Positions 21,501-23,756 of a stretch of DNA of 64,000 bases are shown here, piece after piece. The stretch is from positions 104,063 through 168,062 of the forward strand of contig CAYZYT010000004.1 in NCBI GenBank assembly GCA_964482725.1, written 5' to 3'. Within the stretch, counting starts at the first letter, position 1. The number at the start of each line of letters is the position of its first letter. The translations under genes were made by a program, and so were the position numbers. Under the pieces are notes generated by a model. That model was given only the letters and a program-made list of their open reading frames with translations, did not search any database and was not told the origin of the DNA. This stretch comes from an uncultured bacterium (GTDB lineage: Bacteria; Omnitrophota; Omnitrophia; Omnitrophales; Aquincolibacteriaceae).

Positions 21501-21984
21501 AATGGAGCTTGCAGCTCTTACGAAGGAACAATGGGAAGAATTTTTCATCGTGGCTTCGGCTGCGGCTGAGGGACGCAAAGATGCCAGGATCGTTCTTTAT
21601 GGTGAAACACCAGGGACGGTTCTCGAAAAAGGGAGAACCGTCCCTGAGACTTCACGCGAAGAGATTCTTCGGCAGATCGAAGGCGGGAAGATCTTTGTTA
21701 CCGAGCTCGGCATGGAAGCGGCATTTCAGAAATTCGGCATTCCCAACAAAGCGGCTGTGGATCTTTATGGCGCTGCCGTTCGTCGGGAGCGTCATTCTCT
21801 GGTCAAATCACTCCGGCTGGACGGAAGAAGCGGTCTTATCACGCTCGCGCTCCTTTATGTGCTCGCAGACGGCAAAGAAAAGGCCGTGACGGAATCAGCA
21901 TCCGGCGAGCTTTCTGTCCGCGCCGAACTTCGCGCGGTCCTGCAGGATTATCTCTCCCAGCAAGTTGTGGCGTGGGCGGCATAA
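541..21984 (+). CDS. Giant multidomain protein (7,147 aa). It has an N-terminal signal peptide and TM segments. It also has acyltransferase, GNAT, PP2C, SAM-MTase, Ser/Thr kinase, atypical kinase-like, HTH and GHKL-ATPase modules.
   Basis: A single stop-free frame of 21,444 nt. N-terminus MRESSILKRVISLVVVVCFLTTNAMA looks like a signal peptide. Several canonical catalytic motifs are listed as sub-features below. Upstream RBS is AAGGGAAAA. Confidence 0.85.
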   Translation: MRESSILKRVISLVVVVCFLTTNAMAMPGQTLDGGWGMAGVEKAKAISVPSGLGSVVETYDASKQDGGRRREDGNKLKTEAPSTILHPSPRFVIYIQDAHDSLEAQENIAAMVRHCVKEYGVKTVYEEGYEGPVPTDKLFGSIQDPVLKEKISYYLMDKLRIGGAEYAHINRAAEPPSRETANDERLTMRSAFPVPRSPESDFQLVGADSISLHLENIRAYEQAAKNRTGVTQDIQRIRKELQKLADKNFPKEMKEWLKLKERYQNGQLPLVEYLARTMKIRETDGGWRMAKGVKPGLPPSAIHPPAPSVEALLSGDPKAIKQIDLMKLIGEIQALENEIVEAGLPAERDRKTYGYFESVMLLEKLNKIELSHEEFTFLKDSLEGLKTEDVARFIAKETGHSLVLFKSWENLIADSIHFYELAKKRDQAIEKILTKTTDERLETSDKKSLLSPVSGLESPKTKADISVLVFGGFHKEAIKRILKEKGISYVILSPSIGNPSKRHEDYYRMLMGGGRHSFERMQGIGGRMEDGVKQKTKGFSPSANRGESVSRQSTRAQSVFTMNYGSTVDLLSKTAAPFRNELRQDFILKMDLAIQGRFLNAGAEAKEPSLVDNSAKRSEVRQMLQQGPATKRDGFISAAWKKQRAKLLQSANYRLLEYMIHQTDLSERQKKGYLYLWETMMLLIPLTNGVKIPASAWAVSLAIAHPAFTILPAIIWCTLSSVLRAIFVIPPFAFYYRFRVRELVLANFLPFGAAFVAVPTQVLAIMREEYKRFGDLSFKQLAKLHETVIRKVLEENPKDEALLARTPELTFRLLEWRSRKYGADAAKALLLPARLTDLLQEADPSKAALSAQRATALAKTVIFFPPSGFHQAGSRGSALYENSATIKRLYERVNQKAREILGDPAFDIFDVSFNQTEEDYLRGNNAVAVHLAIATHHMALWESLKEKYPEAGRPGAVLGASRGADAAYYASGALGLEDTVELAVRNIQFLKKASELSGSRRIGSVSRLSRETLEALLAPEEGAIAVQYSKNLFAVSYRKDSFEKLEQDIKSAGGVLRKTLLSVSSHDPHLLTPETKPLFEEYQAFLEGFKARIRLPSLKLFSALEPGKELKTPEDILSEEVRYTTQAIPLDRSFADLLQGAGLQNVLGLGYEKDYFIQALQKEGTVSGDVRVAQAADLADYGSFWNLFSRTENVGAAGTVRSEVRAANDPKDIFEGEPRLSVERRDGNVLSGDARTLSGGRVLSWDEAVQHAPELARRVALSGGFAGFFTHLGRAWNDPYREIDPAIVERYFENVRAWGRKENGVVFILGGVPEKIGELFTQAVVIHIPNVPDNDPIPLIAGKESFDPMVELMKKIGVRGILPYGGEYARFDEQGRVLQGFDPGLGCAGGPLFILSRFFAVHVYPQLLLGGLINKHLGVAGLPLETGKYLTEPRSEIRNIPAGSKLSRREAFRWAALFDEELSQRGRALVSAATKEKLSVKRDTLLGGVNRYSAPEKTAILSFRDKDSLGQIYLLFLDRENRPAGYGSLYSSGKDKPVVVSFHIFSEFRGRGLGEDFWNAIKSFLKQNGMGYVPEKVYFPPVSWFAERGLGDDFKNSGVQEFLVKMGFKPVGVKPSATPGDVAFLYNLGDGEKPQAGVARSEARSSNESREQLTDAGMDQYAFFYWNNNSQFDAIPYTLEKPLWEWRAGDIFVVESREKTETYLLLEQTDFGVVTFTSPRDFGEPERRNIREWRMDFGRDLDRGARITVRRYYDAGKIPTLLHFANEGRLEPDTLRAYYKRIILGVLIIAAPPVLGLYMFGLLKPWFISMVLGVLALALLAGPVLFRFKAGSFIFDLNQALPFRIPPPGTKLSKFESWRMNFPSSSARSEARLSRGTSPEPTAAGEQALGKGPREAEWPEVSRQFRSLNPYNIHNMPSAVLSELASEIANKLNVYVFVRKNHSGKRWMSQVMEILSLRIVYDQDIEVYVKGRQTPEVLNATLDLVERAMQDWKMLEESTKENPLYDAYLREIDQIAQGSATRTLKAAYRTFSDAAISRAIDAVDYNHGEIDPATGEAKRDEVTDAAFRRLDALYEAVPGVITVPRSEFMGFFGKRQPEFAANKDRLIKPFSALSDAEKTALVRWNEIRRSEARDVPEVAQTQGSREEQEDRFVNEKISLGAVPHGEGRLLAVMDGHGGDEVSEMLRANLERVFKDSMLRKNGDVQQALQEVFGRLQKMAAGSESGSTLSLAYVPEDEKAAYVMIVGDSPVYVRKNGRLISFPEHNLSNPVEVITQQQRASSAGKKFRVDYDFKRENGKDLLRKIGTTENTSLAITRAFGNKSFQGLLIGEPSILKTDLSDAQGPVEVLLGTDGIYGFHGNDSKIQRDARAGYLLSRGTDAAGIVQSAGSANASDNVTVLLWKFDPNTVRSEMRQDIHSPARTGAGTREVPAEMRQDIHSPARTGAGTKEVPAELRGAEKPDDRESWTRFLNTYAPALSGFGGTSLEQVWREIFENTPEHARILDLATGNGAVAGLAAAMAAKFFEVWAIDSAEPKVIPQGVNFRKASMETFSGTTDMPADLDLVTGQFAIEYGETDRVLGEIHRAMKAGGKGVFIIHHKNSFWAERAKSLLEQTDWVKKAGIFERIRQWVQDPSEEKRGRFEAVLDVLRSEISKRRAQKSENDVLSSIFRIANTTFEAVRNGKLSGLAEQIQEVEEQWNNTVWVKEHMIHAAFDGEAMARFKTAIEARGFQVVGIEPWQIRGTIRTEEQDLLVGWRVEIQKPGILSPETRQERDWIKEVQWPDPEAALRANDGPFHIPSKEDEALQIFLDSGKGTPDYALNQKAEYLGKLLNILGALDKTRLWWGTGNEENWSGWVKHSFANYLNNLLALVGFSLRNEDPLSEQSAKDLKEQIEFADAIWSARKELAASVANNFKNYPEILQPAPEGKGLSKENTFSRIELNFAFPHKVFVASPNAERNRAIYAEALRRMEGPFQEILKLAREQLSEYEKGTALPAEPKKDKRSEVRDPQAFLENTGPVDAEQFERMILGKRFDDLAPEQRARFIEFIRSRNLHNLAPSLQRLILDHVQRHAGEENDEMKALWSCTLRLEPGSAEIYRQEVSILRSSVAPLAKKVSEGYSIVTVEESSKGIRTQTNLSKTKTEDPSAEVWEFLIPDQVETSGGVYTIAKPGTDAVVIGSGGSGSVVIRARKQDGTPVAMKIIKEDGKSMHRFFLEYLMTLRFKGDPNIIQVYDSGRYVVQAQRFYFIMEEYGERTLADEVRARSKKLGEGVEIFSPPERRKIANEMIDILQTLYAARILHRDVKADNLFYSGGRLKLGDFGIARCLPQEKDEINSDALEGTPTHIPVESFAGASGFYNDLYEFAMTMAFLDPSTLADDFGATTRGQMRRVSVPTSMFTKNLAGLAQTDAAYKKFYEMREFSKKTLAGTLVRLERSQDPFTQLVVRPILDREHYQDSPRNAQELDQLAASVFFIEKTTDLIREGQPAEARRYVAALLGEGSTFATYPIVREKVEELRLAAEASSVRSEMRNGKTSTKPAMIERKAEGKGRIWIAELKYPRKMLSLGVRYAGKTLKLYPYDEDWKKGTLIFDEEEPIAVYVSQEDLFSVLEEETTTDAKGRFIREGLRYNLGENKAHLKISLRPFETPDWKTGVRIFEGQAEIAYHDAKRNRTVNLISIAPFRRSGAREVGTADLRDVPHVHRKDLWKTGLYGSEELKQILKAMLESEDIVFDERRYKVSLYALPAEELVALMDYLRAQRIRVNGYLYRELLQEHQEDMARYIEKTRAAGSDLKYLGAPAYQLYADLLPAAEEVNPSLYVDSQPPRYHDDVFSSLKKEYRAQLQEIRRQGDKIGLAVHGVREWKWRDMSGQSRDREIGMDDGKMRFLNVLLEGRIRNFTMPFSFSKLKVDVGYLDTEHDTNFSDRGDAGTYGPYYILLDPRWRHDAQGGIGEEHHKYYLVPNDSMRKFLTGGLEQALAGGLIDPERLEVLKSKIMTYREYADILSGRGAASRAELREEKAPNRERKMEKIRQRPSRRSDGKESKWDVFDRFVQKVNLLNFEEVKQTEELKSLSKKRELLVSFGIPEAAEVEAKYLIGAIGKLFKKMQAEGAGRQQPIIWTDFLSYGGQGRYLTAYKDENPEGGWIVKVAASEESSRYMDLYSLEGTRLALERLGGGLAASTMIIDGRKNGKDFFFRSGKRAMYESVAIVQEKLLPLVEYLKQVGRRGASDREVSEAIGYMEKYKQLAIAMYRRGIVDADNFNVVGNYGIRPSDKSLAIFDLGDLTDSLRSAQSFVAELDSFNEDRADDSAEIDGVLLDPKVSRAFTDNPFRTEDFVLHGKDLFGSEFDPKKHGMTFPLSEDEVRRMFLGSSIREPSQDRRSEIRISGANKKLARKEDRRAELRDAETWRGRGAESPLRLEKVTLLNELAAKVPEGTKRTFRALANASGGRYSYSAIRGIAVYYAITPEEGGFEPEEIWTRKEWVENLPKGARALSRGQRPTAENISAALKEKFGIVRSPAQIREALSFHKITYREVEMVRDLSIDPRNDDAWKEFFKRHVQTLGPGLHAVSELAEKLSSVAANKKLEAGFIGIGASQIERIMILHRLSYEELGLKKVRPAPKTQDEWILLVRELVDKIPAGVKKTLGNAAQASGGLFTYSRLYHAMSDHDISYNEVGLETPRRQPRRSRADWLAYFKELAAAIPEGFRKVLGNAAEFSEGAVTFSQLLKAKVNHGFSYEEIGLERFYQILGLVPESVDWQIQTSYEKGRSGKGRWETVRTKAVGPRILGPDEEASRQERMDHLEKTIVLLGSDAGKMIDQVLDALAQGASMDNLSDLSEKSDVDPQALREMMGRLRKIYHRLVAGQPIPQEWIGESETQDYPTGAPTGLSQGVLSRSEVRNGQALKMWGAWKTKEEALIDLELKKSQAMLAMHPWSFLALLNGKENPRLSGEIGELLNRCFEMLAWAVGQFHGQPVEVLQMEEARKLESAARQYRVLLEVLHGLDKGKLPFDKIVSQNDFETVRQYTFSDNGTLYPVRVICRWESAEAKEARLAVNVLLPLGSSSEEDIARHKKGPGLPPLSDRQMISLRIDWSNRTERAEMDISGGSNEKLPFARRHWVLNDLSRQATFRNFVLGMDQKLAKLSSASAPVPSEKHRSEMREVFKLGGEFTRETMERMIRELAGQQKVDFETEEGDRFTVHYTFQDQGYQQGWYQPFRAEGERFRLLLTRHVGASEDQVAFANAKLVERDGKKVAVMDHGFGKEEILKGKSILMDREVVALQTEDRYVGLFKGIGTAMMQLACGVARAHGADVLYAESIASKELESFYVQAGGVMEDYQAVFEVMDSSEDGNAASTYFSTRQRAKFDLKSLPQLERFQIEKISSDAKLSGHRVLALSDEVQKHNPSPADLPSNFEMNRSEVRGKNINRKIVVAMTPEAEKRARRLQQALKLLATTYPEGVTYELVAKTMNELPRDPEPSLSWYALAKWTEAHPDLPSVVLLRKMQRASSALQDALSDLVKRPAKQNWTPDLKKLRHDLLGKALELNLHGAFVFHPYTDERYVWRVLGFMEDGWKAVFEDIQSKEGQLLITLRLEKEGEEVFLRTFAVGKEKRALLGVLGKKGQPTKQALDILPLEDKTIYGEEKKAYRILSELVGRPEGYAWQADEDKLNDLIGEELGEVSPRGVSSFSPAKYFAYRWFLLGTREAGWSARIMEAGIRSAAPVFKVKFYREDGKKEAFEKEYQLGPKRKDLKYTGPRKNTAPLSIWDIVPLNDAGVFAPERPAQEKITEALAALLAEGAVVSQALLAEKADVGENTVVRIKKENAVLGKKIDEAVATSLYKKIEAFLKDHPGAKQKDIAEAIGVSPSAIVYYKSTNEEIRKLIEVNQPVQDKKALSPGKGSQTKETRSAPKTEAPRKEKKIPQPRVSPAQDKPAIPEEKPEEGKAAKPTELKGVTAVPEIQTYAMLDEGIVTLFERRYAPILEELSDQAVDEPSETVEKSEALLGRLDLVLKNFEKSSPTLLGRLKNIRGKLESIQSLARVNDDAGFDGSEGESRDPSRSEVRTAPDLTIKAEDRTRFLKKNRGKDLNEMVKSMIRDATRYSEEGAARVLYAEPKEPVFIPEKYDAYLGYSALDTALWEIFGNALKYSPKEKPIRIALEREPGHILLKVSDSGIGISAEEMKHAGTVGWRGERAQAYFKLGAGRGIAQTKEIIERIYGGSVTIESPGENQGTIVTITLPLSDSAGRAKLDSDKLRYKDTADFMARHSVIEKGVVYTVRDILDRELPSAVYALEKVQELRRRMDASGKRETPLILWQNMSLGQFFPYFSETVKTELGVLELSEDVSKWQAQIADLQPGKSRFILIKQKIASSFPGENKDYANYPEEEWDPSVETWGAKEIERIAKTLRAPVVMVDHTGKEFSNGQRLLAEHAQRSGIKTHWMNSRLSEDLGKDKDLWSSDSLLVLLNANADPERKKSLFDDSENFSKTRRILSGIINGEKINFVDALMEAYAAATLQAQEARRSEMRLPASGGRKSSGAVTFLKKKEVPGVVTAVSFEGKPYALSAIGTMLQIRDQFNFGILLFKLIPERQRNAFIASLPRETQERVQAYRRAPAAGATRLMVEVLKNEDFTAQIKANAAVQIGIGQDLATSVVRFEVEQVSDEKAVFRIFLGEVPVEYDVSLGKTYMVAREKVLEEPLDAAELFTVSSDVLSAGKHFSFRMFLKDNATWIHMVDYKSTNGTVLWAEVYPKKVDYPRRKQDRAICEKEIRKMLEDFSDKMRADGLATDPETKDVKYQEALNEAASLYIESSKFHELEELRKKLIENYFFSNTSSSLGASTRSQYALETLESLLEDDRISVWEPILEAAVKYVRYFVHLVRLLKTEKLKLAPSKLQYEMVRALSKINGKETEVPEASKFNKEIFGKTLRIDTLPRSEARTSRTPDQTPALNPGSAAGAKREESGQSVRNALVVRDRIEKLTGAGTILMSRMELAALTKEQWEEFFIVASAAAEGRKDARIVLYGETPGTVLEKGRTVPETSREEILRQIEGGKIFVTELGMEAAFQKFGIPNKAAVDLYGAAVRRERHSLVKSLRLDGRSGLITLALLYVLADGKEKAVTESASGELSVRAELRAVLQDYLSQQVVAWAA
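735..805 (+). repeat. GGATGG/CCATCC hairpin element, copy A, in frame in the giant ORF.
   Basis: ggatggcggaaggcggagggaggatgg ... ccatcctccatcc. Translated DGGRRREDGNKLKTEAPSTILHPS. Confidence 0.6.
1392..1458 (+). repeat. GGATGG/CCATCC hairpin element, copy B, in frame in the giant ORF.
   Basis: ggatggaggatggaggatggcg ... cgccatccgccatccaccctcc. Translated DGGWRMAKGVKPGLPPSAIHPPAPS. Confidence 0.6.
2115..2178 (+). repeat. GGATGG hairpin element, copy C, with a degenerate right arm, in frame in the giant ORF.
   Basis: ggagggaggatggaggatgg-agtaaaacagaaaacaaaaggtttc-tcgccctccgccaacc. The loop aaaacaaaaggttt is shared with copy D. Translated GGRMEDGVKQKTKGFSPSANRG. Confidence 0.5.
3130..3800 (+). 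other. Malonyl-CoA:ACP transacylase (FabD/PKS AT)-like acyltransferase domain inside the giant ORF.
   Basis: Segment PGAVLGASRGADAAYYASGALGLEDTVELAVRN parallels FabD [29 protein letters not shown]. Nucleophile context GxSxG is retained as G-A-S-R-G. Downstream LLSVSSHDPH parallels the FabD LPVSVPSH His motif. Confidence 0.55.
5035..5265 (+). other. GNAT N-acetyltransferase-like domain inside the giant ORF.
   Basis: IYLLFLD...PVVVSFHIFSEFRGRGLGEDFWNAIKSFLKQNGMGYV resembles the GNAT acetyl-CoA-binding motif A (R/Q-x-x-G-x-G/A). Confidence 0.5.
7010..7755 (+). other. PP2C-type Ser/Thr phosphatase domain inside the giant ORF.
   Basis: LLAVMDGHGGDEVSE ... AYVMIVGDSPVYV ... AITRAFGNK ... LLGTDGIYGF. 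These match the canonical PP2C metal-binding motifs (MDGHGG, DG). Confidence 0.8.
7774..7899 (+). repeat. Perfect-frame 63-bp tandem repeat, 2 copies with 1 mismatch, inside the giant ORF.
   Basis: gagatgcggcaggacatccatagtcctgcacgcactggtgctgggacca[g/a]ggaagtcccagcc occurs twice head to tail. It encodes EMRQDIHSPARTGAGT[R/K]EVPA twice. The first copy starts inside an RSEMR motif. Confidence 0.95.
7990..8360 (+). other. Class I SAM-dependent methyltransferase domain inside the giant ORF.
   Basis: ILDLATGNGAVAG (motif I, GxGxG-like), followed by DLVTGQFAIEY and GGKGVFIIHH. Confidence 0.6.
10033..10870 (+). other. Hanks-type Ser/Thr protein kinase domain inside the giant ORF.
   Basis: Gly-rich loop VIGSGGSGSVV, lysine AMKII, catalytic loop HRDVKADNLF and DFG motif LGDFGIA. 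Confidence 0.85.
12560..13440 (+). other. Second, atypical kinase-like (phosphotransferase-fold) region inside the giant ORF.
   Basis: RGIVDADNFNVVG ... LAIFDLGDL resembles HxD..N catalytic-loop and DxG motifs of atypical/aminoglycoside-type kinases. Assignment is weak. Confidence 0.3.
13808..14775 (+). repeat. Three to four divergent tandem copies of a ~65-70 aa module inside the giant ORF.
   Basis: Copy at about 13808: KVPEGTKRTFRALANASGGRYSYSAIRG...ITPEEGGFE. Copy at about 14413: KIPAGVKKTLGNAAQASGGLFTYSRLYHAMSDHDISYNEVGLE. Copy at about 14611: AIPEGFRKVLGNAAEFSEGAVTFSQLLKAKVNHGFSYEEIGLE. A weaker copy ERIMILHRLSYEELGL lies between the first and second. The repeat is protein-level only. 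Confidence 0.6.
16380..16560 (+). other. Possible second GNAT-like acetyltransferase core inside the giant ORF.
   Basis: VGLFKGIGTAMMQLACGVARAHGADVLYAESIASKELESFYVQAGG has a motif A-like shape. Assignment is weak. Confidence 0.3.
18097..18160 (+). other. Helix-turn-helix motif inside the giant ORF.
   Basis: KQKDIAEAIGVSPSAIVYYKS has a typical HTH layout. Confidence 0.4.
18930..19260 (+). other. GHKL/HATPase_c ATP-binding domain of histidine-kinase/RsbW type inside the giant ORF.
   Basis: N-box-like EIFGNALKYS, G1 VSDSGIGIS, G2-like GAGRGIA and GTIVTITLPL. Confidence 0.7.
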
Positions 21985-21985
21985 C

Positions 21986-22157
21986 ACGTACGGCGTACGG
22001 AGTACGGCGAATAGAAAACATCTTGCATAACGCCTTACCCCGTACGCGATGCGTTCTGTGATATCCCTTAACAACATCAGGGAAATAGCGTACACTTCTC
22101 GAGCTTTTAACAACAAAGGAGGAATTCGCTCATCGCCGTACTCCGTACGCCGTACAT
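21986..22157. repeat. 25-bp near-perfect inverted repeat (24/25 match) flanking a 122-bp core, between the giant gene and ychF.
   Basis: Left arm cacgtacggcgtacggagtacggcg (21986-22010). Right arm cgccgtactccgtacgccgtacatg (22133-22157). Each arm contains a GTACGG triplet in direct repeat. The core contains ttaacaaca twice and an AAGGAGG. Confidence 0.7.
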
Positions 22158-22171
22158 GAGCGAAAGCGAAT

Positions 22172-23266
22172 ATGGGCTTCAAATGCGGTATTGTCGGTCT
22201 TCCAAACGTCGGTAAATCGACTATTTTTAATGCGATCGCCAAGGCGCATGCTGCGGCGTCCAACTATCCTTTCTGCACGATCGAACCGAACGTCGGCATG
22301 GTGCCGGTCCCGGATCCGCGTCTCTGGGAGCTGAGCAAACTCTTCAAGCCGCAAAAGACGACGCCGACTACGGTGGAATTTTATGATATCGCGGGGCTCG
22401 TCGCCGGAGCCTCCAAAGGTGAAGGCCTCGGGAACCAGTTCCTAGGGCATATAAAGGAAGTCGAAGCCATTCTCCACGTCGTCCGCTGCTTTGAGGACCC
22501 CAACATTGTGCACGTCTCGGGCACGATCGATCCTTCGCGTGATATCGATGTGATCGACACAGAGCTTTGTCTTAAGGACCTGGACACCATCAATGCCCGC
22601 TACAATAAGACCGAAAAACTGGCGAAGGCCGGCGATAAGGTGTCGAAGGAGCAAATGCCGGTCTATGAGAAAGTGAAAAAAGCGCTTGAGGACGGGACGC
22701 CGCTCCGCAATATCGGGCTGATCGAAGAAGAGAGGGCGCTTGTCAAAGATCTGGCGTTCCTGACGCTTAAAACCGTACTGTACTGCGCGAACGTTGCCGA
22801 AAAAGATCTGCCTGGCGGTGGGCCGTTCGTGAATCTGTTGCGCCAGCGCGCGGCCAAAGAGAGCGCCGAAGTGGTGGTGATCTCCGGGAAAGTCGAATCT
22901 GAATTGATCGATCTTTCCGAAGAAGATCAGCAGGTATTCCTGAAAGATTTGGGCCTTGAAGAACCGGGGTTGAATTCATTGATCCGGACCGGCTATAAAG
23001 CACTTCAGCTCATTACCTATTTTACGGCCGGTGAAAAGGAAGTGCGCGCCTGGACCGTTCGCAAAGGTTCCAAGGCGCCGCAAGCCGCGGGCGTGATCCA
23101 TTCCGATTTTGAGCGCGGGTTCATTCGCGCCGAAGTAATGAACTATGAAGATCTTCTGAAATACGGTTCCCAGGCCGCAGTCAAAGAAAAAGGTCTTCTT
23201 CGCGTCGAAGGTAAGGAATACGTGACGCAAGACGGCGATGTGATGCTTTTCCGTTTTTCAGTTTAA
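22172..23266 (+). CDS. ychF: Redox-regulated ribosome-associated ATPase YchF.
   Basis: [22 protein letters not shown]-loop and a TGS-like C-terminal domain. Confidence 0.9.
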   Translation: MGFKCGIVGLPNVGKSTIFNAIAKAHAAASNYPFCTIEPNVGMVPVPDPRLWELSKLFKPQKTTPTTVEFYDIAGLVAGASKGEGLGNQFLGHIKEVEAILHVVRCFEDPNIVHVSGTIDPSRDIDVIDTELCLKDLDTINARYNKTEKLAKAGDKVSKEQMPVYEKVKKALEDGTPLRNIGLIEEERALVKDLAFLTLKTVLYCANVAEKDLPGGGPFVNLLRQRAAKESAEVVVISGKVESELIDLSEEDQQVFLKDLGLEEPGLNSLIRTGYKALQLITYFTAGEKEVRAWTVRKGSKAPQAAGVIHSDFERGFIRAEVMNYEDLLKYGSQAAVKEKGLLRVEGKEYVTQDGDVMLFRFSV

Positions 23267-23308
23267 AAAAAGGATTCGACTTTCCAACCTGAACAAGGAG
23301 GACGGCGT

Positions 23309-23737
23309 ATGATCCTGACTGAGATCGAGAAGATCAAGGAGGCCACCCAAGGCTCCCTCAAAGAAAAAAAAGGCGTCTATCATCTGGACGCCCTGATCGC
23401 GGAAAGAAAAGTATTCCTGTCCAAGAAGAAACTGACCTACCACGCCCAGATCAAAGTCGACGAAGCCGCTAAGCAGGTCCACTTTTTTGAAATGCTGAAG
23501 GAAGCTTCTTCCGGACTTTCTGCCGGCGGCGACTTGGACTCTCCCGGGTTTGGATTTAAAACCGAGACCTACAAAACCGGCCTCGGGCAGCCGCGAGAAG
23601 GCATGATCCAGGAACAATCAAAACTTTTCGGAAAAACCTACCAATACAAATTCGATTTTTCTACGATCCGGCAGTCTTTCCGCGACGCTATCGAACGCGA
23701 AGGATATTCTTTCCAATACAAAACACTGCCTTTTTAA
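23309..23737 (+). CDS. Hypothetical protein (142 aa).
   Basis: ORF with AAGGAGG RBS. No recognisable motifs. Confidence 0.45.
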   Translation: MILTEIEKIKEATQGSLKEKKGVYHLDALIAERKVFLSKKKLTYHAQIKVDEAAKQVHFFEMLKEASSGLSAGGDLDSPGFGFKTETYKTGLGQPREGMIQEQSKLFGKTYQYKFDFSTIRQSFRDAIEREGYSFQYKTLPF

Positions 23738-23756
23738 TCCCTCGAAGGGAGCTTTT

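Noticed and set aside
541-21984. Many 60-400-aa ORFs on the minus strand and in other plus frames inside the giant gene, for example 9721..10938 (-), 7975..8823 (-) and 15474..16133 (-).
   Set aside because: They are fully nested in a gene with strong catalytic-motif support. Long antisense open frames are expected in GC-rich DNA. None has an RBS or recognisable motifs.
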